Origin: Burkholderiales bacterium
GTDB taxonomy: Bacteria; Pseudomonadota; Gammaproteobacteria; Burkholderiales; SG8-39
Direction: 5' to 3'
NCBI GenBank assembly: GCA_020845995.1
Contig: JADLES010000172.1
Location: 1 to 57,110 of the forward strand
Length of the DNA: 57,110 nucleotides
Below the pieces are notes generated by a model. It ran no database searches, was not told the DNA's origin, and worked only from the letters and a program-made list of their open reading frames with translations. The position numbers and the translations under genes were made by a program. Of this stretch, positions 37,244-44,745 are shown in pieces (position 1 is the stretch's first letter; each line of letters starts with the position of its first letter).

Positions 37244-37350
37244 AGCGCGACCTGTTCAACCGATCGAACGGGCGGATCGATCAGTTGCGGGCAAGACCGG
37301 CGGCGAGCCTTCTCCCGTCGTCGGGTGCGTGAGCGGGGCGATCGGCTCCT

Positions 37351-38304
37351 TCACTCGGCGCGGATATTGGCCTCGCGGATGATAGCCGCGCTCTTGGCCG
37401 ATTCGGCCTGGATGAAGGCCGCGAACTCGGACGCGGTGTGGCCGGTGGGCTGGAAGCCGAACGTTCCCATGCGCGCGCGCACATCGGCGGACTGCACCGC
37501 GCGGATGGCTGCGGACTCGAGCTTCGAGGCGATGCCGCGCGGCAGCTTCGCCGGGCCCCACAGCCCGTACCAGGAGTAGATCTCGAGCTCCGGCATGCCC
37601 GCCTCCGCGACGGTCGGTACGTCGGGATACTGCGGGCTGCGCTGCGTGCCGGTGATCGCGAGCGCCCGCAGCTTGCCCGCCTTCACCTGCGGACCGGAGG
37701 ACAGCACCGGGTCGATCATCGCGCTCACCTGCCCGCCGATGAGATCGGGCAGCGCCTGGCCGGTGCCCTTGTACTGGATGATCGGGATGTCGACGCCGGC
37801 GCGCTGGCGGAAAAGGGCGATCGCCAGGTGTCCGGCCGCGCCGAAGCTCGAGGTGGCGAAGTTGTACTTCTTCGGGTCGGCGCGCAGCACCTCGACGAAT
37901 TCCTTGACGCTCTTCGCGGGCACCCCCGGATAGATGGTGAACAGCAGCGGCCCGCGCGCGAGCTCGGCGATCGGCGTGAAGTCCTTCACCGCGTCGTAGG
38001 GCAGCGACTTCAGCACGTGCGCGTTGATGATGTGGACCGAGGCGTTGATGTAGAGCGTGTAGCCGTCGGGCGGGCTCTTCGCCACCACCTCGGCGCCGAG
38101 CGTCGTCGACGCGCCGGCGCGGTTTTCGAACACCATCGGCTGGCCGAGATACTCGGCCAGCTTGGCGCCGACCATGCGCGCCACCCCGTCGACCGACCCG
38201 CCCGGCGGCGTCGGAATGACGATGCGGACCGGCCTGTCGGGGTACTCCTGGGCCTGGGCCAGCGCGGCGAAGCCGATGAGCGCGAGAAGAAGGAGCTTTT
38301 TCAT
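37351..38304 (-). CDS. Bug/TctC-family tripartite tricarboxylate transporter substrate-binding protein
   Basis: 317 aa with signal MKKLLLLALIGFAALAQA and YPDRPVRIVIPTPPGGSVD. Its ATG overlaps the stop of the upstream DHDPS-like gene (ATGA). Confidence 0.88.
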   Translation of the reverse strand: MKKLLLLALIGFAALAQAQEYPDRPVRIVIPTPPGGSVDGVARMVGAKLAEYLGQPMVFENRAGASTTLGAEVVAKSPPDGYTLYINASVHIINAHVLKSLPYDAVKDFTPIAELARGPLLFTIYPGVPAKSVKEFVEVLRADPKKYNFATSSFGAAGHLAIALFRQRAGVDIPIIQYKGTGQALPDLIGGQVSAMIDPVLSSGPQVKAGKLRALAITGTQRSPQYPDVPTVAEAGMPELEIYSWYGLWGPAKLPRGIASKLESAAIRAVQSADVRARMGTFGFQPTGHTASEFAAFIQAESAKSAAIIREANIRAE

Positions 38305-39242
38305 GCGGCCATGGCGAGCCTGGGCTGGATCTTGTAGCCGTATTTCTTGTCCAGGCCAAGCTCCTGCACGATACGGACGCCCGCCATCAGCGCCTCGCCT
38401 TCCAGATTGCGCAGCGGCTTCCTCAGGCTGCCGACCGGCAGGCCGAGCACGCGCATCAGCGACTTCGGCGCCACCGGGTTGATGGCGGAGTAGTTGAAGT
38501 GCATGAGCGGCAGCAGGCGCAGGTACGTCTTGCGGAAATTCTCCGCGTCCGCGTGGCTCCTCCAGGGCGTCGAGAGCGCGGCCATTTCCTGCGGCGCGAT
38601 GTTGCCGGTCATGTTCGCCGTGCCCTGGCCGCCGAGGCTCATGGTCGGCACCACCAGGCCCAGATTCGGCGAGTCGCAGCACATGACCGCGGCATCGGGC
38701 CGGGCCGCGAGGACCTGCGCCACCTGCGCGACGCGCGTCGTCGACTCCTTGAGGATCACGTAGTTGGGATGCTTGAGCAGGCGCAGCAGATGCGTCCAGT
38801 GCAGATCGGTCTTGACGCGGGGCGGGTTGTTGTAGATGCCGAGCGGAAACTCGAGCGCGTCGGCCACCTCCTGGTAATGGCGCTCGACGTCGTCCTCGGG
38901 ACCGCAGATGTAGGGCGGCGCGGCGATGATCGCGCCGTCGCCGCCGTTCGCCTGGACGAAGCGCACGTTGTCGATCACCTGCCGGGTCGTGTTGCCGGTG
39001 CAGCCGTAGAAAAACTTCATCTTCCCGGTCTTGAGCTTCGCGGTCTCGACGACGATCCGCTTTTTCTCCTCGGGCTCGAGCAGCGAAGGCTCTCCGGTGG
39101 AGCCCATGATGAGCACCGCCGACGTGCCGTTGTCTTCCTGGTGCGCGAGCAGAGCGCGCCACGCACCGAAGTCGACGCCGCCGTCTTCGTTGAACGGCGT
39201 CGGCGGAGCGACGAACGAGCCTTCGATGCGCAGCTTTGCCAT
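38301..39242 (-). CDS. dihydrodipicolinate synthase/N-acetylneuraminate lyase family protein
   Basis: Trimmed from the 611-aa track ORF to MAKLRIEGSFVAPPTPF (SD GGGAGG). 313 aa with GSTGE and the Schiff-base Lys context VILKEST. Confidence 0.85.
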   Translation of the reverse strand: MAKLRIEGSFVAPPTPFNEDGGVDFGAWRALLAHQEDNGTSAVLIMGSTGEPSLLEPEEKKRIVVETAKLKTGKMKFFYGCTGNTTRQVIDNVRFVQANGGDGAIIAAPPYICGPEDDVERHYQEVADALEFPLGIYNNPPRVKTDLHWTHLLRLLKHPNYVILKESTTRVAQVAQVLAARPDAAVMCCDSPNLGLVVPTMSLGGQGTANMTGNIAPQEMAALSTPWRSHADAENFRKTYLRLLPLMHFNYSAINPVAPKSLMRVLGLPVGSLRKPLRNLEGEALMAGVRIVQELGLDKKYGYKIQPRLAMAA

Positions 39243-39281
39243 GCAGCCTCCCGAGAATGAAAAACAGTCTAGCATGGCGGC

Positions 39282-40043
39282 ATGGATCTGGGCATCGAAG
39301 GCCGCCGCGCGCTCGTGTGGGGCGGAACCCGCGGCATGGGCCGCGCGGCCGCCGCGCAACTCGTGCGCGAGGGCGCCGAGGTCACGGTCGCGGCGCGCAA
39401 TCGAGAACGATTGGCAAGAACCGCGCAAGAGATCGGCGTCAGGACCGTCGCCGCGGATCTCGCCACGGCGGAAGGCCGCGCCGCGGCGCTCGCCGCCTGC
39501 CCGCGGCCCGACATCCTGGTCAATAACGCCGACGGTCCGGCGCCGGGCGATTTTCGCCAGTGGACGCGCGAGCGCTGGCTGAGCACGCTCGACTCGGTGA
39601 TGCTCGGGCCGATCTTCATGATCCAGCTCGTGCTCGACGGCATGATCGCGCGCCGTTACGGCCGCATCATCAACATCAGCGCGCGCACGGTGAAAAGTCC
39701 GCAGCCGGAGGCGGGGCTGTCGAACGGCGCACGCTCGGGTCTCATCGGCTTCGTCGCGGGCCTGGCGCGCCAGACCGTGCGCCACAACGTGACCATCAAC
39801 AACCTGCTGCCGGGGATCTTCGACTCGGACGCGCAGCGCGAGCACGTGCGCAGCGTCGCGGCGCTGACGGGCCGCCCCTACCAGGAGATCTGGGATGCGA
39901 GGGCGGAGGAAAACCCCGCGGGGCGCTACGGCCGTCCGGAGGAGGCGGGCGCCTATATCGCGTTCCTTTGCTCCGCGCAGGCCGGCTTCATCACCGGCCA
40001 GAACCTGCTCATCGACGGCGGCCAGTATCCCGGAACGTTCTAG
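39282..40043 (+). CDS. SDR family oxidoreductase
   Basis: 253 aa with the N-terminal ALVWGGTRGMGRA. It is divergent from the DHDPS-like gene across a 39-bp spacer. Confidence 0.86.
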   Translation: MDLGIEGRRALVWGGTRGMGRAAAAQLVREGAEVTVAARNRERLARTAQEIGVRTVAADLATAEGRAAALAACPRPDILVNNADGPAPGDFRQWTRERWLSTLDSVMLGPIFMIQLVLDGMIARRYGRIINISARTVKSPQPEAGLSNGARSGLIGFVAGLARQTVRHNVTINNLLPGIFDSDAQREHVRSVAALTGRPYQEIWDARAEENPAGRYGRPEEAGAYIAFLCSAQAGFITGQNLLIDGGQYPGTF

Positions 40044-41323
40044 AAGCGCCGCGGGCTGAAGGGCCCGATGTCGATCGAAAGGCTTTTCCCGCCAATCAGC
40101 TCGCTCAGCAGCTTTCCGGTCAGCGGGGCGGCGCACATGCCGACGTGGCCGTGGCCGAAGGCGTAGTAGGCGTTCGCATAGCGCGACGAGGTGCCGATCA
40201 CCGGCAGGGAATCCGGCAGCGAGGGGCGGAATCCCAGCCAGCGGCTCAGGCGCGACTCGTCGTGGCGCTCCAGCAGGCCCGGCAGGATGCGCCGGCCACG
40301 ATTCAGGATCGCGTCGGCGCGCGCCCAGTTCGCGCCGGCCTCGAGCCCGCCGAGTTCGACCGTGCCGGCGAGGCGCAGGCCGTCTTCCATCGGCGTGATG
40401 CCGAAGGCGCCGTCGACGAAAATCGCCGGCGTGCGCACCGTCTTTTCGGGATCCTTGACGACGACGTGATAGCCGCGCTCGGTATCGAGCGGCACCGGGT
40501 CGCCGAGCTGCGCCGCGAGGGCCCTCGACCAGGCGCCCGCGGCGAGCACCACGGCGCTCGCCGGATGGCGGCCGCGATCGGTTCGCACGGCGGTGACCTG
40601 GGCGTCGTTCGTTTCGAAGCCGAGGACTCGCTCCTGCACGACGCGGCCTCCGCGCGCCGCGATCTGCCGGACGAGCGTCTGCACGAGACGCAAGGGGTTG
40701 GTCGTGAATCCGTTGTCCGGAATGAAGCGCGCGTGCGTGACGGCGGCGCCGAGATCGGGTTCACGCTCGCCGAGCGCGCGCCGCTCGATCTCCTCGATGA
40801 CGACGCCGTTGCGCCGCCGCAAATCCATGGCGCGCAGGTCTCCCCGCCATGCCGCCTCGCTGCCGTACAGGTACAGCATCCCCTGCCTGCGCACGAGCGC
40901 TTCGGCGCCCGCGTCGCGCAAGAGCGGCGCGAAATGCTCGAGCGAATCCTTGAGCAAGGCGCGCAGCGCGCGCGCCTGCGCCTCGACGCGCGCGGGCGCC
41001 GAGGCGGCGGCGAAACGCGCGAGCCAGGGGACGAGCCGGGGAAGGTAGGACCAGCGGATCGCGAGCGGCCCCTCCGCGTCGATGAGCCAGCGCGGCACCT
41101 TGCCGAGCGTCCCGGGCATCGCCACGGGAACGATCGACGACGCCGAGAGCATCCCGCCGTTGCCGAAGGATGCGCCCATGCCCGGCTCGCCGTGGTCGAG
41201 GAGCAGCACGTCGCGCCCGTCGCGCTGCAGGTACGCGGCACCGCACGCGCCGACGATGCCCGCGCCGATGACGACGATCGGCGTCACGAGGGCGCTCAGC
41301 GCGTCGCCGCGGCGCCCGTCCAC
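40040..41323 (-). CDS. FAD-dependent oxidoreductase (D-amino-acid dehydrogenase/oxidase-like, DadA family)
   Basis: It has the dinucleotide fold VVIGAGIVGACGAAYL and DAO-family length. Candidate starts are the ATG at 41323 (28-nt overlap with the upstream ORF) or the GTG at 41287 (8 nt after that ORF's stop). Confidence 0.8.
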   Translation of the reverse strand: MDGRRGDALSALVTPIVVIGAGIVGACGAAYLQRDGRDVLLLDHGEPGMGASFGNGGMLSASSIVPVAMPGTLGKVPRWLIDAEGPLAIRWSYLPRLVPWLARFAAASAPARVEAQARALRALLKDSLEHFAPLLRDAGAEALVRRQGMLYLYGSEAAWRGDLRAMDLRRRNGVVIEEIERRALGEREPDLGAAVTHARFIPDNGFTTNPLRLVQTLVRQIAARGGRVVQERVLGFETNDAQVTAVRTDRGRHPASAVVLAAGAWSRALAAQLGDPVPLDTERGYHVVVKDPEKTVRTPAIFVDGAFGITPMEDGLRLAGTVELGGLEAGANWARADAILNRGRRILPGLLERHDESRLSRWLGFRPSLPDSLPVIGTSSRYANAYYAFGHGHVGMCAAPLTGKLLSELIGGKSLSIDIGPFSPRRF

Positions 41324-41883
41324 AGCGCCGGTCGCCAGAAGAGCGTGGCGAGCCAGAGCGCCGCGAGCAGGATGCTGAGCTTGACGAGGAGGTTGCCGGC
41401 GGCGACCTGCTGATCGACGAGGTAGTAGTTGCAGAGCCGCACCGGCGACTCGAGGTACAGCCAGCCGACGACCGCCAGCATCGGGATCCAGTTCGCCGCC
41501 ACGAATCCCTTCGCGATCGGACCCAGGCGCGGCCAGGAGAGCGCGAGCGGCAGCCCGACGAGCAGCGGCAGCGAGACGAACTTCAGGAGTTCCGCCGTGC
41601 CCGAGGCGAGCACGGCGTCGAGCGCGCGCGGGATCATCCAGTAGCTGCTGATGCCGAGCGCGAGGACGATCCCGGGGATGCCGCGCTCGTTGCAGGCCGC
41701 GAGGAAGGCGAGCGCCCGCGCGGGCAGGGCGCGCGCGAGCAGCGCGCCCGCGGCGGCGAGGAGCGGGATCTGCACCAGCATGTGCAGCGACATGCTCGCC
41801 TCGAGCGCCGAGCGCAGGGGAGGGATAGCGAGCGCGCCGAGCAGCGTCGCGCCCGTCCAGGCGTAGCGATGTTCCGGGCTCAC
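41296..41883 (-). CDS. polytopic membrane protein of unknown function (orf1 position of a norSY-senC-orf1-type cluster)
   Basis: 195 aa with ~5-6 hydrophobic segments. The GTG start overlaps the SCO stop (GTGA at 41880-41883). Confidence 0.65.
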   Translation of the reverse strand: MSPEHRYAWTGATLLGALAIPPLRSALEASMSLHMLVQIPLLAAAGALLARALPARALAFLAACNERGIPGIVLALGISSYWMIPRALDAVLASGTAELLKFVSLPLLVGLPLALSWPRLGPIAKGFVAANWIPMLAVVGWLYLESPVRLCNYYLVDQQVAAGNLLVKLSILLAALWLATLFWRPALWTGAAATR

Positions 41884-42476
41884 AGGTTGGCGAGATGCGC
41901 GCGGAGTTCAGCCGCCGAGGCGTCGAGGTCCAGGATGCGGGCGAGCCGTCCCTCCCGGTCGAGCAGGTGGATCGCGCCGTTGTGCTGGAATTCGCCGAGC
42001 GCGTCCGGGATCACCACCACGCCGAAGGTGGCGAGCAGCGCGGCGAGCTCGGAGCGGTCGGCAACCCGCGCGATCCGCCAGCGCGCGGCGTCGGCCCGGT
42101 AGCGCCGCGCGTAGTCCGCGAGCGCCGCGGGGGTATCGTGTTCCGGGTCGAAGCTCACGCTGAGGAGCCGCAACTCGTCGCCCGATTGCTCGAGCTCGCC
42201 CTGCAGCCGCTCGAACCCGGATCCCATCACGGCACAGAGCGTGCGGCAGCGCGTGTAGATGAACTCGACCGCGACCGCCGTGCCGCGGTATTCGTCGAGC
42301 CGGAACGATCTCCCGGTCCCGTCCTCGAGGAGCGCCGCCGGCACCGCCGCCGGGTGCCGGGCGATCGCCAGCCGGCGCGCCTGTTCGGTGGTGAATGCGC
42401 TCAGCCCGTCGGTGCCCGCCCACAGCACGCCGGCGCAGAGGGCGAGCGCGAGGAGGGTCGCGGCGGCGAGCCGCAC
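41880..42476 (-). CDS. SCO/SenC family copper chaperone (thioredoxin fold)
   Basis: It has an N-terminal TM anchor, the CxxxC motif (YTRCRTLC) and a downstream His (HNGAIHLLD). The GTG at 42476 is 2 nt after the subunit I stop. There is no in-frame ATG, so the start is uncertain. Confidence 0.82.
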   Translation of the reverse strand: MRLAAATLLALALCAGVLWAGTDGLSAFTTEQARRLAIARHPAAVPAALLEDGTGRSFRLDEYRGTAVAVEFIYTRCRTLCAVMGSGFERLQGELEQSGDELRLLSVSFDPEHDTPAALADYARRYRADAARWRIARVADRSELAALLATFGVVVIPDALGEFQHNGAIHLLDREGRLARILDLDASAAELRAHLANL

Positions 42477-42478
42477 CC

Positions 42479-43924
42479 TCAGGCCGCCGCCATGCGCTTC
42501 AGGCCGATGAGGAAGCGCAGCGCGAATACGAGCATCGCCAGCACCACTGCCGCCGCGAAGCAGGCGGCGACGCGGTCGTAGGGCAGCCATTCGGGCAGGT
42601 GGACCGCCCAGCGGCGCGGCACGCTGTCCCTGCCCGACAGGAGGAAAAGAGCGGTGAAACCGAACCCGCCGACGGCGAACACCCAGAACGCGGCGCGGTC
42701 GAGCGCGGAATCGCCTCTTGCCGCCGCCTCGTCGAGCCAGGCCATGAACCCGAGGATCATCGCCACCACCCCGAGCAGCAGGTAGGTGTGGAAGTGCCCC
42801 GGCACCCACATCGTGTTGTGCATCACCTTGTTGACGACGATCGTGGCGTCGATCACTGCCGGGACGACGCCCGTCGCCCAACCGAGCACCGAGAGAAAGA
42901 GCAGCCCCGAGGCGAGATTCCAGCGCAGGCCCGAACGGTGGACGTTCGCGAGCGTGCCGACCGCGGTGACCGCGATCACCGGCAGGCTGCTCGTGTACGA
43001 GAGGACCTGCCCGAGCACGTGCATCCAGGTCGGGTTCACGAAATCCATCAGCAGGTGGTGCGGGTACACCGCGAGCACCATCAGGAGGGTCGCGCTCCAG
43101 CCCGCGAGGAACGGGCGCGAAACCTTCCACGGCCGCCCGCTGGCGCGCGGCAGGATCTCGTACACGGCGATCACGCCCATGTAGATCGTCGAATTGATGA
43201 ATACGTGTCCGAAGAAGTAGATCAGGTTCTTGGCAAGCAGCGCGTCGACCGTGAAGCCCGGCACGTAGACGTTGATGAGCGAAAGGGTGAGGATCACCGC
43301 CCCGGCGAGGATCGAGAGCAGATTGATGAACGTCACCACCGTGGAGGCGATCACCACCGGCGGCGGCGGCTCGGAGGCGTCGCCGCCGAACAGCTGCGGC
43401 CAGCCGAGCGCGCGGCCGAGCGAGCCGTAGCGCCCGAGGATCGCCCGCGCGCAGTCGAGGTAAAAGAGCAGGAAGCCCACGCCCACGATGAGCACGCCGA
43501 GCAGATAGCTCGCCGCCGCCCATTGCGGCCAGATGCCCATCGGCTTGGCCGGCAGCGGATAGAGGAAGGTCCAGGCGCCGGCGAAGCCGCCGATGAAAAT
43601 TCCCGCGAGCACCAGCACGACGCCCACCAGGAACAGCGCCAGGTTCGCATATAGGATCCCGGTCGAGAGCCGCACCCGGCGCGCGAGGAAGTACCAGAGG
43701 ATGGCCGCCGTGCCGAGCGCGGCGATCGCCACCATGCCGATGCCGTGCGCGGTCATGACCTGGTAGAAATACACCGCTTCGAGCCCAAGCCACTCGGACT
43801 GCGCGAGCCGCATCGCAAGGCCGAAGAGCATCATCAGCAGCAGCACCACCGCCGCGACCGCGAGGTAGGCGAGCACGCCGCGCTTGCCGGCGGGATCGAG
43901 CGGGAGTTCGGGTTTGTCTGCCAT
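42479..43924 (-). CDS. heme-copper oxidase superfamily subunit I, B-type-like but lacking the cross-link Tyr (norY/sNOR-like)
   Basis: 481 aa starting at MADKPELPL. His ligands are present (TAHG; YPHHLLMD; VPGHFHTYLL). Helix VI reads FFGHVFINSTIY instead of GHP(E/I)VY. Confidence 0.88.
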   Translation of the reverse strand: MADKPELPLDPAGKRGVLAYLAVAAVVLLLMMLFGLAMRLAQSEWLGLEAVYFYQVMTAHGIGMVAIAALGTAAILWYFLARRVRLSTGILYANLALFLVGVVLVLAGIFIGGFAGAWTFLYPLPAKPMGIWPQWAAASYLLGVLIVGVGFLLFYLDCARAILGRYGSLGRALGWPQLFGGDASEPPPPVVIASTVVTFINLLSILAGAVILTLSLINVYVPGFTVDALLAKNLIYFFGHVFINSTIYMGVIAVYEILPRASGRPWKVSRPFLAGWSATLLMVLAVYPHHLLMDFVNPTWMHVLGQVLSYTSSLPVIAVTAVGTLANVHRSGLRWNLASGLLFLSVLGWATGVVPAVIDATIVVNKVMHNTMWVPGHFHTYLLLGVVAMILGFMAWLDEAAARGDSALDRAAFWVFAVGGFGFTALFLLSGRDSVPRRWAVHLPEWLPYDRVAACFAAAVVLAMLVFALRFLIGLKRMAAA

Positions 43925-43934
43925 GATGCCCTCT

Positions 43935-44462
43935 CTATTTCGCTTCGCTGGCCGTGATCTCGGCCAGCATGCCGTGATGGACGAGGCCGCAGTACTCGAG
44001 GCACAGCACGCGGTACTTGCCCGGCCGGGTGAAGACATGGCGCAGCACGTTGGTGTATCCGGGCATCGCCTGCGCCTGCGCGATCAGCTTCAGATCCGGG
44101 TCGTACAATCCGAAGCCGTGATTGACGTCGGACGCGGTGATGTGGAAGTCGACCGGCTTGCCGACCTGCACCTCGGTCCCGCTCAATTCCCAGCGCCATT
44201 GGTGGCCAATCGCCTTGATCACCTGCGGCGGGCCGCCGGCCACGGCCGCGACGGAGTATGGGAGGTCGCGGAGCGTGTAGCCGAAGATCGGCAGGAAAAC
44301 CGCGACCAGCACCCAGAAGATCCAGCTGCGAATGCGTCCCGAGGTCTGGGAGATCGCCGTCGCGTCGGCCTTGTCGCCGGCGCCCAGCGCGACCCACGCG
44401 AAGACGGCGAAGAAGGCGAGAACCAGTGGCACCGTGACTTGCCACGCGAGCGAGTGAATCAT
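43935..44462 (-). CDS. heme-copper oxidase subunit II-like cupredoxin protein with a complete CuA motif (norS-like)
   Basis: 175 aa with SD AAGGAG 5 nt upstream, two N-terminal TM helices, and the CuA pattern DVNHG...CLEYCGLVHHGM (H, C-x-E-x-C-x3-H-x2-M). Confidence 0.85.
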   Translation of the reverse strand: MIHSLAWQVTVPLVLAFFAVFAWVALGAGDKADATAISQTSGRIRSWIFWVLVAVFLPIFGYTLRDLPYSVAAVAGGPPQVIKAIGHQWRWELSGTEVQVGKPVDFHITASDVNHGFGLYDPDLKLIAQAQAMPGYTNVLRHVFTRPGKYRVLCLEYCGLVHHGMLAEITASEAK

Positions 44463-44745
44463 CTTTTCTCCTTGGTGCGCGCCCGCCCGAGTCCCGTCAA
44501 CTCGGCGCCAGCGCGATCACATCGATCACAAACAAATGTTGAGGCTACGGGCAGCGAGCGCCCGGTGTCAAGGCGCGACTCGGCGCGCGCGCATCCGATG
44601 AAACGGGTTGATGCGTGGGATCCGGATTCTTCTAGAATCGGGAAACCCGGCCGTGCGGAGTCTCGCGGGCGCGGGCTCGAGTCCCGCGTTTCCGGAATGA
44701 GTTTCATGTCGGCGAGTTCGGCAACTGGCTGAAGCAACCCTAGCG

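Noticed and set aside
40040-40043. Convergent genes sharing overlapping stop codons as CTAG (also at 51129-51132)
   Set aside because: This is real in the sequence, but it is most simply a by-product of tight packing, because TAG read on both strands gives CTAG. There is no evidence of function.
44459-44737. 92-aa minus-strand ORF filling the norS / MFS spacer, whose TGA overlaps the norS ATG (ATGA)
   Set aside because: It has no SD or recognisable motif, and its start would lie 8 nt from the divergent MFS start. It is hydrophilic and random-looking, and it contains the nested hairpin. The ATGA overlap arises from the AAGGAGAAAAGATGA SD region. I kept it as non-coding, although translation cannot be excluded without data.
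44463-44745. Search for FNR/Dnr/NnrR (TTGAT-N4-ATCAA) or NsrR-type boxes upstream of the sNOR-like operon
   Set aside because: I found only a GATCAC-N3-GATCAC direct repeat (44515-44529), a half-site-like TTGATgcgtGGGAT, and a 6-bp hairpin CCGAGT-N7-ACTCGG (44487-44505). None matches a known operator well enough to call.
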